This document shows positions 24,088 to 34,454 of a stretch of DNA of 64,000 bases, piece by piece. A program made the translations under genes and the position numbers. The notes beneath the pieces were generated by a model. The model made no database searches and had not been told where the DNA came from. It saw nothing but the letters and a program-made list of their open reading frames with translations. Within the stretch, counting starts at the first letter, position 1, and each line of letters starts with the position of its first letter. The stretch covers positions 426,635 through 490,634 of the forward strand of contig RHPI01003330.1 of assembly GCA_009103225.1 (NCBI GenBank), given 5' to 3'. The stretch comes from Chlorokybus atmophyticus. Lineage: Eukaryota > Plantae > Mesostigma and Chlorokybus algae.

Positions 24088-24369
24088 GCCACGTGTGCCA
24101 TAAGTTAACCAGCCAAAAGCTGGGAAAGAGTGGGATTCGTGAGATCTTAACGGCAAAAGTCGATGCTTTTCCGCCCGTTGTGTGACACAGTGTGTGGCGT
24201 CTCAGGCCCTTATCCAGCTCAGCCATACCATCTACGGCGGACAATTCATCCCACTCTCATCCTACTTGCCTGGGGCTTATGAGGGCCAATTTAGCAGCAG
24301 CGGCTTATGAAGTTATCTTAATCCAACATCCCAAATTTGAGGCTGCCACAGCGACTGCAGTGGTATATA
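24088..24369 (+). promoter_or_regulatory. RbcS promoter: G-box GCCACGTG (24088-24095), reverse I-box CTTATCC (24209-24215), TATA-like TATATA (24364-24369)
   Basis: Motifs read directly upstream of the RbcS ATG; G-box plus I-box is the classic land-plant RbcS light-responsive module. Function inferred. Confidence 0.5.
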
Positions 24370-24497
24370 GTGCTGCGAAGCATCTGGGGTGGCATTCGCA
24401 ATCATTTTGCGGGGATAGGTTGAGTGTGCATTGTGCCTTGGCCGATTCTGTGTAGTGAGGCGGGAGCAGGCAGGAAGAGTGCACCAAGCTCATCAAC

Positions 24498-25337
24498 ATG
24501 GCTGCCATCAGCTCCGCCGCTGCTGTGATTCCCACCGTCGCCACGTCGGCCTCCGCCAAGCCCGTCACCGCCTTCAACGGCCTCAGGAAGAATGTCGCCT
24601 TCGGCAAGGCGCCTGCCACCTTCTCCCAGAGGACTGTCACCAATGGTGCCACCACCTCCATGATCCAGGTTTGTGTGCCCAGGAGATGAGATGTGACTGC
24701 ATGTGTGTGCGTGTGGTGGTGCCGGGGCGAAGTGGGTAGCTGTATCTGTTGCTGGATGTTGCAGTGCTGTTGGCTTGCATGCCGTGACAGGCGGTCTGTA
24801 GTGGTCCTAGTCGGTGCAGTATGGCTTGAAGATGTATCAGGACGAAGTACTGCTCATGTTGTTGCTGCCTTATGTGCTGCAACTCACAATCCGGATTGCA
24901 ATCAGGTCTGGTCCCCCATCAACAACAAGAAGTTCGAGACGATGTCCTACCTGCCTCCTCTGAGCTCCGACGGCATTGCCAGGCAGATTGACTACCTGCT
25001 GAACCAGGGCTGGATCCCTTGCATCGAGTTCGACCACAGCGGCTTTGTCACCCGCGACTACAACTCTGGCCCCGGCTACTATGACGGCCGCTACTGGACC
25101 ATGTGGAAGCTGCCCCTCTTCGGCTGCAACAACTCCCAGCAGGTCCTGCAGGAGATCGATGAGGCCAAGCGCGCCTACCCCAACGCCTTCATCCGTGTCA
25201 TTGGCTTCGACGCCCAGCGCCAGGTGCAGTGCGCTGGCTTCATTGTCCAGCGCCCTGGACAGCAGTTTGGTGGACAGCAGCAGTTTGGTGGACAGCAGCA
25301 GTTTGGCAACCAGCAGCAGTATGGCTCCTACTACTAA
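24498..25337 (+). CDS. RBCS: Rubisco small subunit precursor, 2 exons (24498-24668, 24906-25337), with Q/G/aromatic C-terminal extension
   Basis: Transit peptide, then MIQ|[60 protein letters not shown] are unmistakable RbcS motifs. Confidence 0.99.
25257..25325 (+). repeat. In-frame 15/18-bp tandem repeat encoding [23 protein letters not shown] at the RbcS C-terminus
   Basis: ggacagcagtttggt / ggacagcagcagtttggt / ggacagcagcagtttggc / aaccagcagcagtatggc read directly. Confidence 0.95.
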
Positions 25338-26484
25338 GTGCCAAGAGGGCTGAAGAGGGCTGCCTACACCTACTCGTTTGCCAACCGAGCCGCATGCAGC
25401 TGTCCAGAGGCAGCTGAGAAAGGGCTCTTGACTTGTTAGAGATACACCCACCCACATACCCACCCACATACCCCGTTGTGCTTGAGGTTATGCCGGGCAC
25501 TGTGATACCTACGAGACAGCTGGCCTAGCTAATTGTTGTGATACTGTGTAGCTGTTACTGCTAGGCATTGGACCTTGGCTGCAACTATGCAGACTTAATG
25601 TGATATAGTCTGATTGTGTCCCACCCATCGTATTGCCTACATGTTCAAGGTGTCTGCCTTCTTTGCAAGCGATGATGCAGATCTGTGCATTGTGACTTAG
25701 CAAGATGTTGTGCAGGGAAGTTCTGGGGCAAACTGCTACGCCAGCTGCAGTTTGCCCCAGAGCACGCTATTGCAGGACGTGCAACGTGCAATAGGCAAAG
25801 ACCGTAACAAGACAACTGGTATGAACTAGGGTAGTGAGCAAGCAACAACGGCAATGTGCATGGCTTGAGGTGCTAGCACAGCTACAAATTCATCATAAGG
25901 CATAGCAAACATGCACAGCTTCCTGAAATTGCCCATAGCTGTCTGTCAAGCAGACAATTGATGTAAATTGTTAGACAGATATCCATCACAATCCGGCAAG
26001 TCACGCGTGCGTGTTGGCTGTTGAACTCGATGTGCGTCACCATGCAGAAAGTGATGTGCACCTGATTGGGAGAAAAACGCAGCAGATACCATAACGATAA
26101 GCACATGCTGCACAAAACCACCACGCACAGCTGACAAGTCTATAAAGCAGGCAGTAACACTGCCACCATGGACAGTTCTCTGCTTGATTGATTTACCCAA
26201 CCATAGCGTCCAAAGTGACCAGCATCTGAACATGCGATCTCAAGGACTCTGTCAGGAGATTCAATCAGGAGCTTGGCTGGGAGGCCATCGCCTCTACCAG
26301 AAGGAAATCCTGTCCACTAGATTTGATAAAGTGTACTCTCTACTATTTATCTTGTACTCAACTACTCTGGTTATGACTATTGATGTTATTGATGTTATTA
26401 TATATGTTATCCCCTCCTTTCTTGAAGTTAATTTCTTCCCCCTCCCCCTTGCCTTGCCTGAACCTGATGCGCGTTGCCCAAAGG

Positions 26485-29400
26485 TTATCGCCTTCCTTCC
26501 ATCTTGTCGTATGCAGCATGTGCCAGCACCTTGGCAATTTCAAAATGGAGCTGCTGACATCGATGCATGCGGTTCTCCTGTTCCAGGCATTACACACACA
26601 CATTGATGTCACACACACACAAGCAAGCGCAGGGGGAGAGAACAATCGCAGGCCAAGGGAATGACGTGACAAACCTGATAGAGAAGCACTGCGCAAAAGG
26701 TGCGAAGCCACAGCGGGTCCGTGCACACGCCACCTGCAGCTGGAGGCGCCACATCGTTGTGTCGGAGCTTTCCCGCGACGCTCGCCATGACTTCATGTAG
26801 ACTCATCCGCGTTCCTTTGCGCTTCTGCAAGGCACGTGCGTCAGTACGCTTGCCGGTACGTAGCATGCAATTGGCGTTACCAACTACTTGTTGTTCGCAC
26901 CTGCAGGCCAAGAAGCATCTGAATGTCCTTCTCTTGTCGTGCAAGCGCGGCCGCCTTCTTCTTGTTGAACAAAGCAATGCGTCTGGCCTCTTGTAGGCGC
27001 TTCTCCTCCGCTTGTGCATCCTCCAGGTTCTGCACACAATCAGAGCACACGTTACAGCCCAGCCTCAAGGAGTTGACTGGTTTTCCTGCTCGAGTACAAC
27101 GTGCGAGTGAGGCTAACATACCTGAATGATTACACCAATGAATAAGTTGGTGAAGATGAAGTGGCCAAAGAAGATGAACAGGATGGGAAAAAGCTTGGCT
27201 CCAGCACCTGGAATGGCATATGATATCGCTTTACAAAACAGACACAACAATAATAACTTGAAGACCCTTTTTCCAAGGCAAGTCTTACCAGCGCCAAGAA
27301 AGAGAAGCTCGTTTACAAAGTCCGTCCAACCATCAACAGTGACAAAGCACATGAGCGACAGCAGCCCACTTGTGATGCTACCCCAATGTTCAGGAACCAA
27401 CGTGCCATAGAAGCTGTAAAGCGAGACGGCAAACACAAACCTGCGCGAAATCATTCGCACACGGTCATGTCAAGCAGTTGAGGCTGTGCAGGAGCATGAC
27501 TATCAAGCACGCAGACAGCTTTGGCTACGAACATGATGAGAAGCAGGAGGCCAACCAAGTGCATCACTTTGGTGACGGTGCGAGTGAAGGCCGTAACAAT
27601 GACCTGCGAGTCACTGTAGCTTTAACGAGTGCGTCAAGAAAAAAGCATGCAGCCTTGAGAGTTGCAACCACTGAACAGCCTCCCACCTGTAATCCGCGCA
27701 CCATCGACACGCTTCGCAATGCCCTCAATGCTCGCAACCCTGCAAGTGTGACAATCAGCACGATGAGCACTGCTGCACATGTCACTTGGTAAGTAGACAG
27801 GAGAGGCTCTTGCCTCGCAATACTCGCAGGAATGTGATCTGAGACTTCACTTGCAGCAGCTGCATAATTTGCTGTATGTACGTGAGAACCAGCAAGAAGA
27901 AATCGAACCGGTTGTAACTGGACGACAGCAACAGCACAGTCAGTGTGCCATAGATCAGTCTCTCACTCGTACATTCTTGAGCCTTGCATAGAGGTCAACT
28001 AGAGTCCAGATTTGAACACAAAGCCTGTACCTGCTTTTCCAGTAGATTCGCGGCTCCGCATACACCTTTAGCAAAAACTCTATGGTGTACAGTGTGATAA
28101 ACAGCTCGTCTGTGGCCTGTCGCACAAGGCAGACACATCAGCTTTCCTGAGGTTCAACACGTACAGGCAACAGGGCATGGGTTGCGCCATCCTACCTGAA
28201 AGAGCTTCGTGTTGTGCCGTGCAAACTCGTCGTATGTCTCCATTGCCAAGATGATCAGGTTTAACAAGATAACCAGCATGACCGCAGTTTGAAAGAAAGA
28301 CGACTGCACACCACCACATAGTTGTTGTTAATAAGTATGGGCTGGGCTGAAACTTCACCTTGATTGTGGACAGAACCTTACCTTCACAACCAGGCTGATA
28401 AACTCATGGCGCCGAGATCGGTACCGCCTGAGCAATGTGCGCGTCACAGTAGCTGCAAGACTTTACTTTAGTTCATGACTCATACGCAAACATTCATAAC
28501 GCGCACGCAGCAGTCGAGTGTGTCAATTGTGGTCCGCCTACAAGATGCGAAATGGGATGAAGGCGCAGGTGCGGGCGGGGGTAACGGTTCCAAGGCAGGT
28601 TTGGGAGGAAGCTCCGGGGCTGCTTTGATTGAATGCTGGTCGTGATACCCAGCTTCACGCTTGGCGTACTTGTCGGTAGTGCCAACTGGGTGTACCTTGC
28701 TGTTGTTGTTGTCAACAGGGTGCACTTTTGCAAGATTGGGACCGAGCAGGGACCTCCGCACCGGCCTGTCATCGCTGCAGGTCGATAACGTGATGTTGTT
28801 AGCCCAAGCAGTACCATTGAAACTTGGACGATCGATTGTGCAACTCGAAGCGCGCTCACGTGCCACTTTCATCTATGCGGCCAAGGCGATGCGGTTGCGG
28901 TTGGGTCTGCTGCTGCTGCTGCTGCTGCTGTGTGGACGAAGATGAGGCCTCACTTGCAGACGCCTTTCGTGCTTGAAGCATCTCCCGGATGCGTCTGCGC
29001 AAGAGGAAGAAAGCCAAACTAATATGCATACTAGAGTATGATAGAGTATGACTCCAGTTGCTGCAACAACTGTCGCATGATTAACAAGTAATGCACAGAG
29101 CACACAGAGCAGCAGGCTTGCGTTCAGTGAATGCGCCATCACATTCCGCGTATGCGTCCGGCTTCAACCTCATTTGTGCCAAACAGCAACAAGGCACACT
29201 CATCAACCTCTCCTGGCTTTGTCACTTACTTGAAGTCGTCACTCTGCTCCATGCGCTTTGTGCCATCCTCATCTTCATGGTTGTGGCGAAAACTTCCCAG
29301 GTTGGCGCTGTCTTCCGACCAACGCTTGCTGCAACAGAACACTTAATGATTACCAAAGCGCATTGTTAACATAGCAAAGCCAACTGTCAAACTCGAGCGC

Positions 29401-29783
29401 TTGTGTAACGACCAAGTACGGTGGCAGCGTTTACTGAACAGCCGTTGAGGGTTTCAATTACGCCTGATGAAGAGTTACCTCCAATATATTCAAGCAGCTC
29501 TGACGATTGTACATGTATACAGATCTAGTAAAATTATAGGTCTCTCCAAATGTACTCCCCTCAACCACACACAACGCACGCAACGCTGAGGATAACAGCT
29601 GGAGGGGCTGTCTGTCTCACGGACAGCACAGATAATGGCTTACTCTCTGGCTCTAGCGACAACAGTGGGTGACAAGCTCCCCCTCCTGGCAGCGTCGCTG
29701 CCACTGGTGCTCGCACCGCCATCAGCCTCCTCTTGGCGCTGCTTTCTGAACAACGATGGCCTGGGAGGCCCCTCAAGCGGCAT
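26485..29783 (-). CDS. CATSPER3: Single-domain 6-TM voltage-gated Ca2+ channel alpha subunit, CatSper3-like
   Basis: Spliced exons: RRYRSRRHEFISLVVK / SSFFQTAVMLVILLNLIILAMET / ATDELFITLYTIEFLLKVYAEPRIYWKS / YNRFDFFLLVLTY / GLRALRALRSVSMVRGLQ (S4) / VIVTAFTRTVTKVMHLVGLLLLIM / FVFAVSLYSFYG..HWGSITSGLLSLMCFVTVDGWTD (filter 27326-27340) / FPILFIFFGHFIFTNLFIGVII (S6) / coiled coil / LRHNDVAP..TDPLWLRTFCAVLLYQ / ENRMHRCQQLHFEIAKVL..RR* (stop 26485-26487). 5' exons (ATG 29783 or 28872) are tentative. Confidence 0.85.
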
Positions 29784-30610
29784 CTCAAATAGCACAAGGA
29801 CAATTTACCCCGGCACGCCCACCAGCCCAGCCATGCCGCCGCCCGCCCCACTGACTAGCATACGCCCAATGATGGTGAACATGCCTGTGAACTTGCTTGT
29901 GACTTGCCTTTTGTCTCACCAAACTGCTGTCTGAGCTATAAACGCCCGGCGAGCGCATTGCATTGCATAGCATTAGTGCGCGCGCGCCTACGTGCGGCAC
30001 GTAACGTGCCCCCTCGCAGCTCAAATCACATAAAGGGCATTGACAATCACACTCATGATTGAGCTGGGTTTGCACCCCAGAAGAACTGGTTGAACTTGAC
30101 AATGTCGTCGCACACCCCGTCATGACTCAGCAAGCACAGCCGTATGCTTGTAGTCGGGCCTTGTAGCTCGCTTTACGACGCCCGGCTATAAGCATACGGC
30201 TTACAGCGAGCCAAGGGTAAAGCCGTATGGTGGTATGCTTGTACGCATGTTGCACGGCGGATACTTTGGTGCCAAGAACCGTGGCACAGCATGTCACGGA
30301 GTGTACCATACCTGTCGAGCCATAACATGATAAACTTGGGGCCTAAAACCTTACCCTTAATTTTCCGCTGCGGACGTTTCGCGAGTGTGTGACGCACACG
30401 CCTCAGCTGGTAGGGTCAGCCCATTCACCGGTCATGTCTGGTGGCCTCAGCTCAGATGTCCGGCTTCCGCGCGACAGGTTGTCCGAGATTCTTCCAACTC
30501 TGTCCGGAATCTCATGCCGCTATTTAACAGCCTTAAGACCAAGCTGCTGGCAGCGGCGGCGGCGGCAGTGACGACGTAAGGTTTAGGGATTGCTGTAGGT
30601 GCTGGCGGCG

Positions 30611-33050
30611 ATGGCGTCGGCGTCGGCGGTGTCGGCTCAGTCCGCATACGGTGTGTCGATTGCCGCACCTGCTGCAGCATGCGCTACCACGGCCCGCACT
30701 GCAAGCCGCTCTGTGAAGCAAGCACCTTTTGCTGCTGGTCAGGGTAAGCAAGCAAGCAGTCAGGAAGGCTCGCCCTGTGATGGTTTTGGAGCTGTTTTTC
30801 ACACTGAGACACCGCTTTGCACGGCAGTACTGGTCAGTTCAGCTGTTAAATGCTGTGTTTCTATGCAGCTTGCGTGCCGCGAAGCTCGTTTGCGGGTGCC
30901 TCGCTCTCAGCTAGCACCTGCAGAAATGCTGGCAGCCGCGCTGTTCAACCCCTGGTCGTCACCGCCGTAGCCACTCCATCAAGTATGTGACAGAACTTGG
31001 CTGGCATTGCACGGAAGCTCTATTAGTGCACCGATTTTGCAAGTTGCTTCGTGTTACAGCTCGGATGGCTTGCAGAACCACGCTAACAGTTCTCACCAAT
31101 TCGCAGCCCAGGTGGATTACGAGCAGATGGCGGCTGAACTTGAGAATGCTTCCCCCCTTCAGATTATGGACCGTGCGCTCAGCATGTTTGGCGATGACAT
31201 CGCCATCGCCTTCAGGCAAGTGCAATGCTTGACACTGTCCTTCCACATGCAGCTTGCTAGCTATGTCCGGACCAACAGCGTGTTATCAGCCGCATGTCAG
31301 GAGTTAGTACTACCACTCTTGATGCCACAGTGTTGTCAACGCCATCTTTGTTTGCAGTGGAGCAGAGGATGTGGTGCTCATCGAGTATGCTCGCATGACT
31401 CGGAAACCGTTCCGTGTTTTTAGCCTGGACACTGGCCGCCTCAACCCTGAGACCTACAGGCTGTTTGATGAGGTGTGTTTTCTGCTCTGTGACCCACTTG
31501 AACCCCTGTACGTGAGATGCATGATGCGGACTTGTTTTGCAAATTGGAACAGGTGGAAAAGAAGTACAACATTCACATTGAGTACTGCTTCCCTGATGCT
31601 GCCGAGACGGAGGCTATGGTTCGTGCGAAGGGTATGTTCTCGTTCTATGAAGATGGCCATCAGGAGTGCTGCGGCATCCGCAAAGTCCGCCCGCTGAGGA
31701 AACAGCTTCGGACGCTGAAGGCTTGGATTACTGGTCAGAGGAAAGATCAAAGCCCTGGCACCAGGGCTGCTGTCCCAGTGGTTCAGGTATGCGCCATGCT
31801 GCATAGTTGCTGTTAAATTACACAGAGTCGGGCTTTGGTTTCCGTGGAAGTGGGCATGTAGGCTGGATGATGTGCCCTAGATGATGACTGGAGGTTGGAT
31901 GCAGGTCGATCCAGCATTTGAGGGTGTTGATGGTGGCAAGGGTAGCCTTATCAAGTTCAACCCGTTGGCCAACGTTTCAAGCATGGACGTGTGGAATTTC
32001 ATCAGGATCATGGAAGTTCCATACAACAAGCTTCATGAACAGGGTTATGTATCTATTGGTTGTGAGCCTTGCACAAAGGCCGTGCTGCCCGGCCAACACG
32101 AGCGGGAAGGCCGCTGGTGGTGGGAGGAAGCCACTCAGAAGGAGTGTGGACTCCACAAGGTGTGGCTGCATTTGCACATGGATGAATTGCATAGCCATGA
32201 ACAACAGCAGTTGCGCTTGAACACCCGCCGTTTGCCATTTGCCCTGTTTGAGTACGTGGCTTCTATTCCTACAATGGCATGTCGTTTGCAAAACACAATG
32301 ACAATGTGGTGCAGGGCAACATTGACAAACCTGATGGCGCAAGCGCAACGGCTAGTGCCGCGTCCTCAGAGGCAGACCTATGGACTGATGGTGCAGTCAA
32401 GGAGATGTCTTACGAGGACGTATCTCAGCTAGTCAATGGAGGAGACAGGAAAGAGAACACAATGGTTGTGTTGTACGCGCCGTGGTGCCAGTTTTGCCAG
32501 GTAGCATCGGCAAATCGGGTTGTTGTAGTTTGTAAAGGTGCACTGCGCGCTTGGCTCCAACCGGCTCGCACTGTTTACAGGCAATGGAGTCAGCGTATGC
32601 TACAGTAGCCAAGACACTCAGCAAGACTGGCCAGGTGGTGCTGTATGTGTTCCAAGGCCTGGCCGTACATTTGTGGTTGGATCTCTCATTTGTGGCATGA
32701 TGCTGGTTGACGGTGTATGTGTTAGTCTTGCTCGCTGACAATTTGCATTTCGTCAGGCAGTTGGCAAGTTTCGGGCAGATGGCGAGGTCAAGGAATGGGC
32801 AATCAAGAACCTTGGTCTAACGACTTTCCCCACGATTGTTATGTTCCCTAAGTCAAGGTAACCAAGCATTCAAGTTTTCTTGCAGTTGAGTGGCTGCGAC
32901 CCTGTGACTGTAGAGCTGACATTCGTGTGCAAGGTTGGGCTGATGATGGTGTTGGGCTCTGCGCGCAGTTCGTCTTATGTTACATACGCAACTGATAGGC
33001 GAGACGAGCAGTCACTGGTAGCGTTTGTCAACGCAGTTGAGAGCCGATGA
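30611..33050 (+). CDS. APR: Plastid adenosine-5'-phosphosulfate reductase (plant type: 4Fe-4S reductase domain plus C-terminal thioredoxin-like domain)
   Basis: AIAFS|[86 protein letters not shown]; N-terminal transit peptide. Confidence 0.97.
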
Positions 33051-34454
33051 CAGCATGTCATGGCGATGAGTGTGTTGCATTGTGAAGAGTGGTCGCTTGA
33101 TAGCTTGCATCGCTTCATCGTCTCACCTGAGTGACTAGCATGGTCGTAGTAATTTTTGTCTTGGCAGCTTCCTGGGAGTTATCAATTAAATTACAGTTGC
33201 TGTGCATGCACTTGTACAAACCTTGGGGGTTAACTTGGTGTGGGTATTCATGTAAATCTGGACGGTAATAACTCAGTTGTGCAAGCATCGCCACAATGAT
33301 GACATTGGGAAAGGGCAAACATGCTCAGAACATCTTGGAAGAGCAATATGTACTTGAATGTTTTGATACACTGACCAATCAGAATATTGCACTGATAACA
33401 TAGTCAACTCATGGACCATAATCGCCTATATTACGAACTATAATCTGCATGCAATACTAGTGCACTAAGCAGTGCGCTGATTTAGTAGTGCATTGTGGCT
33501 CATCACATATGCGCTACAAATCACTACGACAGGCTGTGTTCGGTGCCATGACGTCACGAGTTGGAGGTAGATGGTATCGTGCAAACCAATTGTGCCTTGT
33601 ATTAGATTATACACGTGAGTAAACCCCATCCACGACCACGACATGCCAACTGCTTCGCGCCGGACTACACAGGATCCATCATCATGTTAGAACATGTATG
33701 AGCATATGCCACGCACGCACATGGTATGTACAATACGCATGTATGAAGCTACAAAAGCAATGTGCAATGTTGTGCGACACACGCCAAGTAACAACACAAG
33801 CACGCAAACAATGATGAGGGGCCCAGAGCAGCTCTACACCAAAACAACACTAGGTTGAACAGTAGAGCGTAGGGCAGGGCAGAGCAGGGCAAAGGGTAGG
33901 GAGCACCATGTATGCATACCTAACGGGGAGATCTAGAGTAGTGTAGTGTAGTAGGTGAACAAGCAGGAATTGTAGCCCGGTGGTGTATGTGAGCGTGTTT
34001 GCATGTTGCATGGTATGCTACTGTTTGGCGTCATGTATGTCTCCAACCATCTCGCGCATATCCTGCACATAGCATGCAAGCGCATGTCTAACCCGGTGGC
34101 CAAGTTGGTGAGTGTTTGTTGTAGTAGTGCAATTACATGTGCACGTAAAATTGCACGTATGTAATGCCCTGGTAACTTCAGTACATCATACTCGCACAAT
34201 TGTTACCGCATATTGTCCAGGCCATGAACAGATCATCTAGTCCACTAGCGAGCCTAGTGCGGATGCAGACAGTACCAGCTTAGCCTCAGGAGAAGGCGAT
34301 TATGCTACCAGCTTTTACCAGGTTATGATACATATATACACCACAGCCGCCTGCTTGACTGCAGAGCAACCTTCCAGCATCACAAGATTTCCTGACCTAG
34401 ACATATTAAAGGATTATGCAGAAGAACGCGCAGCAACCAATGACTGGAGAGACT

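Noticed and set aside
25257-25325. Short repeats as a possible CRISPR-like array
   Set aside because: No spacers; contiguous in-frame coding repeat in a eukaryotic gene.
25950-26400. ORFs downstream of RbcS and CatSper3
   Set aside because: No recognisable motifs or consistent splice chain; probably 3' UTR or degraded repeat.
27326-27340. Channel as a bacterial Nav or EukCat-type protein, or a fragment of a four-domain Cav/TPC
   Set aside because: The filter lacks the TLESW-type Glu/Ser, the gene ends with a stop after a single repeat, it has many spliceosomal introns, and the post-S6 region matches CatSper3 as recalled. A phylogeny is still needed.
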